This document shows, piece by piece, positions 1-13,860 of a stretch of 64,000 nt of DNA. The DNA comes from Eledone cirrhosa (lineage: Eukaryota), in contig OZ024741.1 of the NCBI GenBank assembly GCA_964016885.1, positions 4,216,001 through 4,280,000 on the forward strand, in the 5' to 3' direction. Numbering within the stretch: the stretch's first letter is position 1; every line of letters begins with the position of its first letter. Made by a program: the position numbers and the translations under genes. Under the pieces are notes generated by a model that saw only the letters and a list, made by a program, of their open reading frames with translations, was not told the DNA's origin and did not search any database.

Positions 1-3000
1 GACTATCAGAGATAGTTGGTGTGACGTAGGAACTAGTAACCTACTGTAGGCCTATCAGAGTTAGTTACTGTGATGTAGGAACTTGTAACCTACTGTTGGA
101 CAATCAGAGACAGTTGGTGTGATGTAGGAACTAGTAACATACTGTTGGACTATCAGAGACAGTTGGTGTGATGTAGGAACTAGTAACCTAATGTAGGACA
201 ATCAGAGATAGTTACTGTGATTGAAGAACTAGTAACCTACTGTAGGACTATCAGAGATAGTTCCTGTGATGTAGGAACTAGTAACCTACTGTTGGACTAT
301 CAGAGATAGTTGGTGTGATGTAGGAACTAGTAACCTACTGTTGGACTATCAGAGATAGTTACTGTGATGTAGGAACTAGTAACCTACTGTAGGACTATCA
401 GAGATAGTTACTGTGATGTAGGAACTAGTAACCTACTGTTGGACAATCGGAGATAGCTACTGTGACGTAGGAACTAGTAACCTACTGTAGGCCTATCAGA
501 GTCAGTTACTGTGATGTAGGAACTAGTAACCTACTGTTGGACTATCAGAGATAGTTGGTGTGATGTAGGAACTAGTAACCTACTGTTGGACTATCAGAGA
601 TAGTTACTGTGATGTAGGAACTAGTAACCTACTGTAGGACTATCAGAGATAGTTACTGTGATGTAGGAACTAGTAACCTACTGTTGGACTATCAGAGATA
701 GTTGGTGATGTAGGAACTAGTAACCTACTGTAGGACTATCAGAGATAGTTACTATGGTGTAGGAACTAGTAACCTACTGTAGGACTGTCAGAGATAGTTG
801 GTGTGATGTAGGAACTAGTAACCTACTGTTGGACTATCAGAGATAGTTACTGTGATGTAGGAACTTGTAACCTACTGTAGGACTATCAGAGATAGTCGGT
901 GTGATGTGGGAACTAGTAACCTACTGTTGGACTATCAGAGATAGTTACTGTGATGTAGGAACTAGTAACCTACTGTTGGACAATCGGGGATAGTTACTGT
1001 GACGTAGGAACTAGTAACCTACTGTAGGCCTATCAGAGTCAGTTACTGTGATGTAGGAACTAGTAACCTACTGTTGGACTATCAGAGATAGTTGGTGTGA
1101 TGTAGGAACTAGTAACCTACTGTTGGACTATCAGAGTTAGTTACTGTGATGTAGGAACTTGTAACCTACTGTTGGACAATCAGAGACAGTTGGTGTGATG
1201 TAGGAACTAGTAACATACTGTTGGACTATCAGAGACAGTTGGTGTGATGTAGGAACTAGTAACCTAATGTAGGACAATCAGAGATAGTTACTGTGATTGA
1301 AGAACTAGTAACCTACTGTAGGACTATCAGAGATAGTTACTGTGATGTAGGAACTAGTAACCTACTGTTGGACTATCAGAGATAGTTACTGTGATGTAGG
1401 AACTTGTAACCTACTGTAGGACTATCAGAGATAGTCGGTGTGATGTGGGAACTAGTAACCTACTGTTGGACTATCAGAGATAGTTGGTGTGATGTAGGAA
1501 CTAGTAACCTAATGTAGGACTATCAGAGATAGTTACTGTGATATAAGAACTAGTAACCTACTGTAGGACTATCAGAGATAGTTACTGTGATGTAGGAACT
1601 AGTAACCTACTGTTGGACTATCAGAGATAGTTACTGTGATGTAGGAACTTGTAACCTACTGTAGGACTATCAGAGATAGTCGGTGTGATGTGGGAACTAG
1701 TAACCTACTGTTGGACTATCAGAGATAGTTGGTGTGATGTAGGAACTAGTAACCTACTGTTGGACTATCAGAGATAGTTGGTGTGATGAAGGAACTAGTA
1801 ACCTACTGTTGGACAATCATAGATAGTTGGTGTGATGTAGGAACTAGTAACCTAATGTAGGACTATCAGAGATAGTTACTGTGATATAAGAACTAGTAAC
1901 CTACTGTAGGACTATCAGAGATAGTTACTGTGATGTAGGAACTAGTAACCTACTGTTAGACTATCAGAGATAGTTGGTGTGACGTAGGAACTAGTAACCT
2001 ACTGTAGGCCTATCAGAGTTAGTTACTGTGATGTAGGAACTTGTAACCTACTGTTGGACAATCAGAGACAGTTGGTGTGATGTAGGAACTAGTAACATAC
2101 TGTTGGACTATCAGAGACAGTTGGTGTGATGTAGGAACTAGTAACCTAATGTAGGACAATCAGAGATAGTTACTGTGATTGAAGAACTAGTAACCTACTG
2201 TAGGACTATCAGAGATAGTTCCTGTGATGTAGGAACTAGTAACCTACTGTTGGACTATCAGAGATAGTTGGTGTGATGTAGGAACTAGTAACCTACTGTT
2301 GGACTATCAGAGATAGTTACTGTGATGTAGGAACTAGTAACCTACTGTAGGACTATCAGAGATAGTTACTGTGATGTAGGAACTAGTAACCTACTGTTGG
2401 ACAATCGGAGATAGTTACTGTGACGTAGGAACTAGTAACCTACTGTAGGCCTATCAGAGTCAGTTACTGTGATGTAGGAACTAGTAACCTACTGTTGGAC
2501 TATCAGAGATAGTTGGTGTGATGTAGGAACTAGTAACCTACTGTTGGACTATCAGAGATAGTTACTGTGATGTAGGAACTAGTAACCTACTGTAGGACTA
2601 TCAGAGATAGTTACTGTGATGTAGGAACTAGTAACCTACTGTTGGACTATCAGAGATAGTTGGTGATGTAGGAACTAGTAACCTACTGTAGGACTATCAG
2701 AGATAGTTACTATGGTGTAGGAACTAGTAACCTACTGTAGGACTGTCAGAGATAGTTGGTGTGATGTAGGAACTAGTAACCTACTGTTGGACTATCAGAG
2801 ATAGTTGGTATGATGTAGGAACTAGTAACCTACTGTAGGACTATCAGAGATAGTTGGTGTGATGTAGGAACTAGTAACCTACTGTTGGACTATCAGAGAT
2901 AGTTGGTGATGTAGGAACTAGTAACCTACTGTAGGACTATCAGAGATAGTTACTATGGTGTAGGAACTAGTAACCTACTGTAGGACTGTCAGAGATAGTT

Positions 3001-5850
3001 GGTGAGATGTAGGAACTAGTAACCTACTGTTGTAGTATCAGAGATAGTTACTGTGATGTAGGAACTAGTAACCTACTGTAGGACTATCAGAGATAGTCGG
3101 TGTGATGTGGGAACTAGTAACCTACTGTTGGACTATCAGAGATAGTTGGTGTGATGTAGGAACTAGTAACCTACTGTTGGACTATCAGAGATAGTTGGTG
3201 TGATGTAGGAACTAGTAACCTACTGTTGGACTATCAGAGATAGTTGGTGTGATGTAGGAACTAGTAACCTACTGTAGGACTATCAGAGATAGTTGGTGTG
3301 ATGTAGGAACTAGTAACCTACTGTTGGACTATCAGAGATAGTTGGTGTGATGTAGGAACTAGTAACCTACTGTAGGACTATTAGAGATAGTTGGTATGAT
3401 GTAGGCACTAGTAACCTACTGTAGGACTGTCAGAGATAGTTGGTGTGATGTAGGAACTAGTAACCTACTGTAGGACTATCAGAGATAGTTGGTGTGATGT
3501 AGGAACTAGTAACCTACTGTTGGACTATGAGAGATAGTTGGTGTGATGTAGGAACTAGTAACCTACTGTTGCATTATCAGAGATAGTTGGTGTGATGTAG
3601 GAACTAGTAACCTACTGTTGGACTATCAGAGATAGTTGGTGTGATGTAGGAACTAGTAACCTACTGTAGGACTATCAGAGATAGTTGGTGTGATGTAGGA
3701 ACTAGTAACCTACTGTTGGACTATCAGAGATAGTTGGTGTGATGTAGGAACTAGTAACCTACTGTGGACTATTAGAGATAGTTGGTGTGATGTAGGCACT
3801 AGTAACCTACTGTAGGACTATCAGGGATAGTTGGTGTGATGTAGAAACTAGTAACCTACTGTTGGACTATCAGAGATAGTTACTGTGATATAGGAACTAG
3901 TAACCTACTGTTGAACTATCACTGATAGTTGGTGTGTTGTAGGAACTAGTAACCTAGTGTAGGACTATTAGAGATAGTTGGTGTGATGTAGCAACTAGTA
4001 ACCTACTGTAGGACTATTAGAGATAGTTGGTGTGATGTAGGAACTAGTATTCTACTGTAGGCCTATCAGAGTTAGTTACTGTGATGTAGAAACTAGTAAC
4101 CTACTGTAGGACTATCAGAGATACTTACTGTGATGTAGGAACTAGTAACCTACTGTTGGACTATCAGAGATAGTTACTGTGATGTAGGAACTAGTAACCT
4201 ACTGTTGGAGTATCAGAGATAGTTACTGTGATGTAGGAACTAGTAACCTACTGTTGGACTATCAGAGATAGTTACTGTGATGTAGGAACTAGTAACCTAC
4301 TGTTGGACTATCAGAGATAGTTACTGTGATGTAGGAACTAGTAACCTACTGTTGGACTATCAGAGATAGTTACTGTGATGTAGGAACTAGTAACCTACTG
4401 TAGGACAATCAGAGATAATTACTCTGATGTAGGAACTAGTAACCAACTGTAGGACTATCAGAGATAGTTACTGTGATGTAGGAACTAATAACCTAATGTT
4501 GGACTATCAGAGATAGTTACTGTGATGTAGGAACTAGTAACCTACTGTAGGACTATCAGAGATAGTTACTGTGATGTAGGAACTAGTAACCTACTGTAGG
4601 ACGATCAGAGATAGTTACTGTGATGTAAGAACTAGTAACCTACTGTAGGACTATCAGAGATAGTTACTGTGATGTAGGAACTAGTAACCTACTGTTGGAC
4701 TATCAGAGATAGTTGGTGTGATGAAGGAACTAGTAACCTACTGTTGGACTATCAGAGATAGTTGGTGTGATGAAGGAACTAGTAACCTACTGTTGGACAA
4801 TCATAGATAGTTGGTGTGATGTAGGAACTAGTAACCTAATGTAGGACTATCAGAGATAGTTACTGTGATATAAGAACTAGTAACCTACTGTAGGAATATC
4901 AGAGATAGTTACTGTGATGTAGGAACTAGTAACCTACTGTTGGACTATCAGAGATAGTTGGTGTGACGTAGGAACTAGTAACCTACTGTAGGCCTATCAG
5001 AGTTAGTTACTGTGATGTAGGAACTTGTAACCTACTGTTGGACAATCAGAGACAGTTGGTGTGATGTAGGAACTAGTAACCTACTGTTGGACTATCAGAG
5101 ACAGTTGGTGTGATGTAGGAACTAGTAACCTAATGTAGGACAATCAGAGATAGTTACTGTGATTGAAGAACTAGTAACCTACTGTAGGACTATCAGAGAT
5201 AGTTCCTGTGATGTAGGAACTAGTAACCTACTGTTGGACTATCAGAGATAGTTGGTGTGATGTAGGAACTAGTAACCTACTGTTGGACTATCAGAGATAG
5301 TTACTGTGATGTAGGAACTAGTAACCTACTGTAGGACTATCAGAGATAGTTACTGTGATGTAGGAACTAGTAACCTACTGTTGGACAATCGGAGATAGTT
5401 ACTGTGACGTAGGAACTAGTAACCTACTGTAGGCCTATCAGAGTCAGTTACTGTGATGTAGGAACTAGTAACCTACTGTTGGACTATCAGAGATAGTTGG
5501 TGTGATGTAGGAACTAGTAACCTACTGTTGGACTATCAGAGATAGTTACTGTGATGTAGGAACTAGTAACCTACTGTAGGACTATCAGAGATAGTTACTG
5601 TGATGTAGGAACTAGTAACCTACTGTTGGACTATCAGAGATAGTTGGTGATGTAGGAACTAGTAACCTACTGTAGGACTATCAGAGATAGTTACTATGGT
5701 GTAGGAACTAGTAACCTACTGTAGGACTGTCAGAGATAGTTGGTGTGATGTAGGAACTAGTAACCTACTGTTGGACTATCAGAGATAGTTGGTATGATGT
5801 AGGAACTAGTAACCTACTGTAGGACTATCAGAGATAGTTGGTGTGATGTA
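1..5850. repeat. Variant block of about 0.8-1.1 kb present three times (matching monomer starts at 1, 1959, 4943)
   Basis: Same ordered variants in each copy (GTGACGT, GCCTATCAGAGTTAG, AACTTGT, GAGACAG, GATTGAAG, GTTCCTG, 47-bp GTTGGTGATG monomer, ACTATGGTGT). Offsets 1958 (40x49-2) and 2984 (61x49-5). Confidence 0.9.
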
Positions 5851-8800
5851 GGAACTAGTAACCTACTGTAGGCCTATCAGAGTTAGTTACTGTGATGTAG
5901 AAACTAGTAACCTACTGTAGGACTATCAGAGATAGTTACTGTGATGTAGGAACTAGTAACCTACTGTTGGATTATCAGAGATAGTTACTGTGATGTAGAA
6001 ACTAGTAACCTACTGTAGGACTATCAGAGATAGTTACTGTGATGTAGGAACTAGTAACCTACTGTTGGACTATCAGAGATAGTTACTGTGATGTAGGAAC
6101 TAGTAACCTACTGTTGGACTCTCAGAGATAGTTACTGTGATGTAGGAACTAATAACCTAATGTTGGACTATCAGAGATAGTTACTGTGATGTAGGAACTA
6201 GTAACCTACTCTAGGACTATCAGAGATAGTTACTGTGATGTAGGAACTAGTAACCTACTGTAGGACTATCAGAGATAGTTACTGTGATGTAAGAACTAGT
6301 AACCTACTGTAGGACTATCAGAGATAGTTACTGTGATGTAGGAACTAGTAACCTACTGTAGGAACTATCAGAGATAGTTGGTGTGATGAAGGAACTAGTA
6401 ACCTACTGTAGGACTATCAGAGATAGTTGGTGTGATGTAGGAACTTGTAACCTACTGTAGGACTGTCAGAGATAGTTGGTGAGATGTAGGAACTAGTAAC
6501 CTACTGTTGTAGTATCAGAGATAGTTACTGTGATGTAGGAACTAGTAACCTACTGTTGGACTATCAGAGATAGTTGGTGTGATGAAGGAACTAGTAACCT
6601 ACTGTTGGACAATCAGAGATAGTTGGTGTGATGTAGGAACTAGTAACCTAATGTAGGACTATCAGAGATAGTTACTGTGATCTAAGAACTAGTAACCTAC
6701 TGTAGGACTATCAGAGACAATTACTGTGGTGTAGGAACTAGTAACCTACTGTTGGACTATCAGAGATAGTTGGTGTGACGTAGGAACTAGTAACCTACTG
6801 TAGGCCTATCAGAGTTAGTTACTGTGATGTAGGAACTAGTAACCTACTGTTGGACTATCAGAGATAGTTACTGTGATGTAGGAACTAGTAACCTAATGTA
6901 GGACTATCAGAGATAGTTACTGTGATTGAAGAACTAGTAACTTACTGTAGGACTATCAGAGATAGTTACTGTGATGTAGGAACTAGTAACCTACTGTTGG
7001 ACTATCCGAGATAGTTGGTGTGACGTAGGAACTAGTAACCTACTGTAGGCTTATCAGAGTTAGTTACTGTGATGTAGGAACTAGTAATCTACTGTTGGAC
7101 TATCAGAGATAGTTGGTGTGATGTAGGAACTAGTAACCTACTGTTGGACTATCAGAGATAGTTACTGTGATGTAGGAACTAGTAACCTACTGTAGGACTA
7201 TCAGAGATAGTTACTGTGATGTAGGAACTAGTAACCTACTGTAGGACTATCAGAGATAGTTACTGGGATGTAAGAACTAGTAGCCTACTCTAGGACTATC
7301 AGAGATAGTTACTGTGATGTAGGAACTAGTAACCTACTGTTGGACTATCAGAGATAGTTGGTGTGATGAAGGAACTAGTAACCTACTGTTGGACAATCAG
7401 AGATAGTTGGTGTGATGTAGGAACTAGTAACCTACTGTAGGACTGTCAGAGATAGTTGGTGTGATGTAGGAACTAGTAACCTACTGAAGGACTATCAGAG
7501 ATAGTTGGTGTGATGTAGGAACTAGTAACCTACTGTAGGACTATCAGAGATAGTTACTGTGATGTAGGAACTAGTAACCTACTGTAGGACTGTCAGAGAT
7601 AGTTGGTGTGATGTAGGAACTAGTAACCTACTGTAGGACTATCAGAGATAGTTACTGTGATGTAGGAACTAGTAACCTACTGTAGGACTGTCAGAGATAG
7701 TTGGTGTGATGTAGGAACTAGTAACCTACTGTAGGACATTCACATATAGTTACTGTGATGTAGGAACTAACAACCTACTGTTGGACTATCAGAGATAGTT
7801 GGTGTGATGTAGGAACTAGTAACCTACTGTTGGACTATCAGAGATAGTTGGTGTCATGTAGGAACTAGTAACCTACTGTAGGACTATCAGAGATAGTTGG
7901 TGTGATGTAGGAACTAGTAAACTACCGTAGGACTATCAGAGATAGTTGGTGTGATGTAGGAACTAGTAACCTACTGTAGGACTATCACAGATAGTTACTG
8001 TGATGTAGGAACTAGTAACCTACTGTAGGACTATCAGAGATAGTTGGTGTGATGTAGGAACTATTAACCTACTGTAGGACTATCAGAGATAGTTGGTGTG
8101 ATGTAGGAACTAGTAACCTACTGTAGGACTATCAGAGATAGTTACTGTGATTTAGGAACTAGTAACCTACTGTAGGACTGTCAGAGATAGTTGGTGTGAT
8201 GTAGGAACTAGTAACCTACTGTAGGACTGTCAGAGATAGTTGGTGTGATGTAGGAACTAGTAACCTACTGTAGGACTATCAGAGATAGTTACTGTGATGT
8301 AGGAACTAGTAACCTACTGTAGGACTATCAGAGATAGTTGGTGTGATGTAGGAACTAGTAACCTACTGTAGGACTGTCAGAGATAGTTGCTGTGATGTAG
8401 GAACTAGTAACCTACTGTAGGACTATCAGAGATAGTTACTGTGATGTAGGAACTAGTAACCTACTGTAGGCCTATCAGAGATAGTTGGTGTGATGAAGGA
8501 TCTAGTAACCTACTGTTGGACTATCAGAGAGAGTTACTGTGATGTAGGAACTAGTAACCTACTGTTGGACTATCAGAGATAGTTGGTGTGATGTAGGAAC
8601 TAGTAACCTACTGTTGGACTATCAGAGATAGTTACTGTGATGTAGGAACTAGTAACCTACTGTAGGACTATCAGAGATAGTTGGTGTGATGTAGGAACTA
8701 GTAACCTACTGTAGGACTATCAGAGATAGTTGGTGTGATGTAGGAACTAGTAACCTACTGTAGGTCTATTAGAGATAGTTACTGTGATGTAGGAACTAGT

Positions 8801-8949
8801 AACCTACTGTTGGACTATCAGAGATAGTTGGTGTGATGAAGGAACTAGTAACCTACTGTTGGACAATCAGAGATAGTTGGTGTGATGTAGGAACTAGTAA
8901 CCTACTGTAGGACTGTCAGAGATGGTTGGTGTGATGTAGGAACTAGTAA

Positions 8950-11900
8950 CCTACTGTAGGACTATCAGAGATAGTTGGTGTGATGTAGGAACTAGTAACC
9001 TACTGTAGGACTATCAGAGATAGTTACTGTGATGTAGGAACTAGTAACCTACTGTAGGACTATCAGAGATAGTTACTGTGATGTAGGAACTAGTAACCTG
9101 CTGTTGGACTATCAGAGATAGTTGGTGTGATGTAGGAACTAGTAACCTACTGTAGGACTGTCAGAGATAGTTGGTGAGATGTAGGAACTGGTAACCTACT
9201 GTTGTAGTATCAGAGATAGTTACTGTGATGTAGGAACTAGTAACCTACTGTAGGACTATCAGAGATAGTCGGTGTGATGTGGGAACTAGTAACCTACTGT
9301 TGGACTATCAGAGATAGTTGGTGTGATGTAGGAACTAGTAACCTACTGTTGGACTATCAGAGATAGTTGGTGTGATGTAGGAACTAGTAACCTACTGTTG
9401 GACTATCAGAGATAGTTGGTGTGATGTAGGAACTAGTAACCTACTGTAGGACTATCAGAGATAGTTGGTGTGATGTAGGAACTAGTAACCTACTGTTGGA
9501 CTATCAGAGATAGTTGGTGTGATGTAGGAACTAGTAACCTACTGTAGGACTATTAGAGATAGTTGGTGTGATGTAGGCACTAGTAACCTACTGTAGGACT
9601 GTCAGAGATAGTTGGTGTGATGTAGGAACTAGTAACCTACTGTAGGACTATCAGAGATAGTTGGTGTGATGTAGGAACTAGTAACCTACTGTTGGACTAT
9701 CAGAGATAGTTGGTGTGATGTAGGAACTAGTAACCTACTGTTGCATTATCAGAGATAGTTGGTGTGATGTAGGAACTAGTAACCTACTGTTGGACTATCA
9801 GAGATAGTTGGTGTGATGTAGGAACTAGTAACCTACTGTAGGACTATCAGAGATAGTTGGTGTGATGTAGGAACTAGTAACCTACTGTTGGACTATCAGA
9901 GATAGTTGGTGTGATGTAGGAACTAGTAACCTACTGTGGACTATTAGAGATAGTTGGTGTGATGTAGGCACTAGTAACCTACTGTAGGACTATCAGGGAT
10001 AGTTGGTGTGATGTAGAAACTAGTAACCTACTGTTGGACTATCAGAGATAGTTACTGTGATATAGGAACTAGTAACCTACTGTTGGACTATCACTGATAG
10101 TTGGTGTGTTGTAGGAACTAGTAACCTAGTGTAGGACTATTAGAGATAGTTGGTGTGATGTAGCAACTAGTAACCTACTGTAGGACTATTAGAGATAGTT
10201 GGTGTGATGTAGGAACTAGTAACCTACTGTAGGAGTATCAGAGATAGTTGGTGTGACGAAGGAACTAGTAACCTACCTTTGGACTATCAGAGATAGTCAC
10301 TGTGATGTATGAACTAGTAACCTATACTGTAGGACAATCAGTGATAATTACTGTGATGTAGGAACTAGTAACCTACTGTAGGACTATCAGAGATAGTTAC
10401 TGTGATGTTGGAACTAGTAACCTACTGTTGGACAATCAGAGATAGTTACTGTGATGTAGGAACTAGTAACCTACTGTTGGACTATCAGAGATAGTTACTA
10501 TGGTGTAGGAACTAGTAACCTACTGTAGGACTGTCAGAGATAGTTGGTGTGATGTAGGAACTAGTAACCTACTGTTGGACTATCAGAGATAGTTGGTATG
10601 ATGTAGGAACTAGTAACCTACTGTAGGACTATCAGAGATAGTTGGTGTGATGTAGGAACTAGTATTCTACTGTAGGCCTATCAGAGTTAGTTACTGTGAT
10701 GTAGAAACTAGTAACCTACTGTAGGACTATCAGAGATAGTTACTGTGATGTAGGAACTAGTAACCTACTGTTGGACTATCAGAGATAGTTACTGTGATGT
10801 AGGAACTAGTAACCTACTGTTGGAGTATCAGAGATAGTTACTGTGATGTAGGAACTAGTAACCTACTGTTGGACTATCAGAGATAGTTACTGTGATGTAG
10901 GAACTAGTAACCTACTGTTGGACTATCAGAGATAGTTACTGTAATGTAGGAACTAGTAACCTACTGTTGGACTATCAGAGATAGTTACTGTGATGTAGGA
11001 ACTAGTAACCTACTGTTGGACTATCAGAGATAGTTACTGTGATGTAGGAACTAGTAACCTACTGTAGGACAATCAGAGATAATTACTCTGATGTAGGAAC
11101 TAGTAACCAACTGTAGGACTATCAGAGATAGTTACTGTGATGTAGGAACTAATAACCTAATGTTGGACTATCAGAGATAGTTACTGTGATGTAGGAACTA
11201 GTAACCTACTGTAGGACTATCAGAGATAGTTACTGTGATGTAGGAACTAGTAACCTACTGTAGGACGATCAGAGATAGTTACTGTGATGTAAGAACTAGT
11301 AACCTACTGTAGGACTATCAGAGATAGTTACTGTGATGTAGGAACTAGTAACCTACTGTTGGACTATCAGAGATAGTTGGTGTGATGAAGGAACTAGTAA
11401 CCTACTGTTGGACTATCAGAGATAGTTGGTGTGATGAAGGAACTAGTAACCTACTGTTGGACAATCAGAGATAGTTGGTGTGATGTAGGAACTAGTAACC
11501 TACTGTAGGACTATCACAGATAGTTACTGTGATGTAGGAACTAGTAACCTACTGTAGGACTATCAGAGATAGTTGGTGTGATGTAGGAACTAGTAACCTA
11601 CTGTAGGACTATCAGAGATAGTTACTGTGATGTAGGAACTAGTAACCTACTGTAGGACTATCAGAGATAGTTACTGTGATGTAGGAACTAGTAACCTGCT
11701 GTTGGACTATCAGAGATAGTTGGTGTGATGTAGGAACTAGTAACCTACTGTAGGACTGTCAGAGATAGTTGGTGAGATGTAGGAACTAGTAACCTACTGT
11801 TGTAGTATCAGAGATAGTTACTGTGATGTAGGAACTAGTAACCTACTGTAGGACTATCAGAGATAGTCGGTGTGATGTGGGAACTAGTAACCTACTGTTG

Positions 11901-13860
11901 GACTATCAGAGATAGTTGGTGTGATGTAGGAACTAGTAACCTACTGTTGGACTATCAGAGATAGTTGGTGTGATGTAGGAACTAGTAACCTACTGTTGGA
12001 CTATCAGAGATAGTTGGTGTGATGTAGGAACTAGTAACCTACTGTAGGACTATCAGAAATAGTTGGTGTGATGTAGGAACTAGTAACCTACTGTTGGACT
12101 ATCAGAGATAGTTGGTGTGATGTAGGAACTAGTAACCTACTGTAGGACTATTAGAGATAGTTGGTGTGATGTAGGCACTAGTAACCTACTGTAGGACTGT
12201 CAGAGATAGTTGGTGTGATGTAGGAACTAGTAACCTACTGTAGGACTATCAGAGATAGTTGGTGTGATGTAGGAACTAGTAACCTACTGTTGGACTATCA
12301 GAGATAGTTGGTGTGATGTAGGAACTAGTAACCTACTGTTGCATTATCAGAGATAGTTGGTGTGATGTAGGAACTAGTAACCTACTGTTGGACTATCAGA
12401 GATAGTTGGTGTGATGTAGGAACTAGTAACCTACTGTAGGACTATCAGAGATAGTTGGTGTGATGTAGGAACTAGTAACCTACTGTTGGACTATCAGAGA
12501 TAGTTGGTGTGATGTAGGAACTAGTAACCTACTGTGGACTATTAGAGATAGTTGGTGTGATGTAGGCACTAGTAACCTACTGTAGGACTATCAGGGATAG
12601 TTGGTGTGATGTAGAAACTAGTAACCTACTGTTGGACTATCAGAGATAGTTACTGTGATATAGGAACTAGTAACCTACTGTTGGACTATCACTGATAGTT
12701 GGTGTGTTGTAGGAACTAGTAACCTAGTGTAGGACTATTAGAGATAGTTGGTGTGATGTAGCAACTAGTAACCTACTGTAGGACTATTAGAGATAGTTGG
12801 TGTGATGTAGGAACTAGTAACCTACTGTAGGAGTATCAGAGATAGTTGGTGTGACGAAGGAACTAGTAACCTACCTTTGGACTATCAGAGATAGTCACTG
12901 TGATGTATGAACTAGTAACCTATACTGTAGGACAATCAGTGATAATTACTGTGATGTAGGAACTAGTAACCTACTGTAGGACTATCAGAGATAGTTACTG
13001 TGATGTTGGAACTAGTAACCTACTGTTGGACAATCAGAGATAGTTACTGTGATGTAGGAACTAGTAACCTACTGTTGGACTATCAGAGATAGTTACTATG
13101 GTGTAGGAACTAGTAACCTACTGTAGGACTGTCAGAGATAGTTGGTGTGATGTAGGAACTAGTAACCTACTGTTGGACTATCAGAGATAGTTGGTATGAT
13201 GTAGGAACTAGTAACCTACTGTAGGACTATCAGAGATAGTTGGTGTGATGTAGGAACTAGTATTCTACTGTAGGCCTATCAGAGTTAGTTACTGTGATGT
13301 AGAAACTAGTAACCTACTGTAGGACTATCAGAGATAGTTACTGTGATGTAGGAACTAGTAACCTACTGTTGGACTATCAGAGATAGTTACTGTGATGTAG
13401 GAACTAGTAACCTACTGTTGGAGTATCAGAGATAGTTACTGTGATGTAGGAACTAGTAACCTACTGTTGGACTATCAGAGATAGTTACTGTGATGTAGGA
13501 ACTAGTAACCTACTGTTGGACTATCAGAGATAGTTACTGTGATGTAGGAACTAGTAACCTACTGTTGGACTATCAGAGATAGTTACTGTGATGTAGGAAC
13601 TAGTAACCTACTGTTGGACTATCAGAGATAGTTACTGTGATGTAGGAACTAGTAACCTACTGTAGGACAATCAGAGATAATTACTCTGATGTAGGAACTA
13701 GTAACCAACTGTAGGACTATCAGAGATAGTTACTTTGATGTAGGAACTAATAACCTAATGTTGGACTATCAGAGATAGTTACTGTGATGTAGGAACTAGT
13801 AACCTACTGTAGGACTATCAGAGATAGTTACTGTGATGTAGGAACTAGTAACCTACTGTA
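8950..13860. repeat. Tandem duplication, 2598-bp (53-monomer) period
   Basis: Markers 2598 bp apart: GCATTATC 9743/12341, CCTATACTGT (51-bp monomer) 10321/12919, G of AACCTGC 9100/11698. A partial third copy lies at about 3.0-4.0 kb (GCATTATC 3571). Confidence 0.92.

Noticed and set aside
686-735. 47-, 48-, 50- and 51-bp monomers as a functional signal
   Set aside because: Explained by simple slippage (TG loss in GGTGTG, TA gain in CCTATAC, single-base indels) and then copied by block duplications. Useful only as markers.
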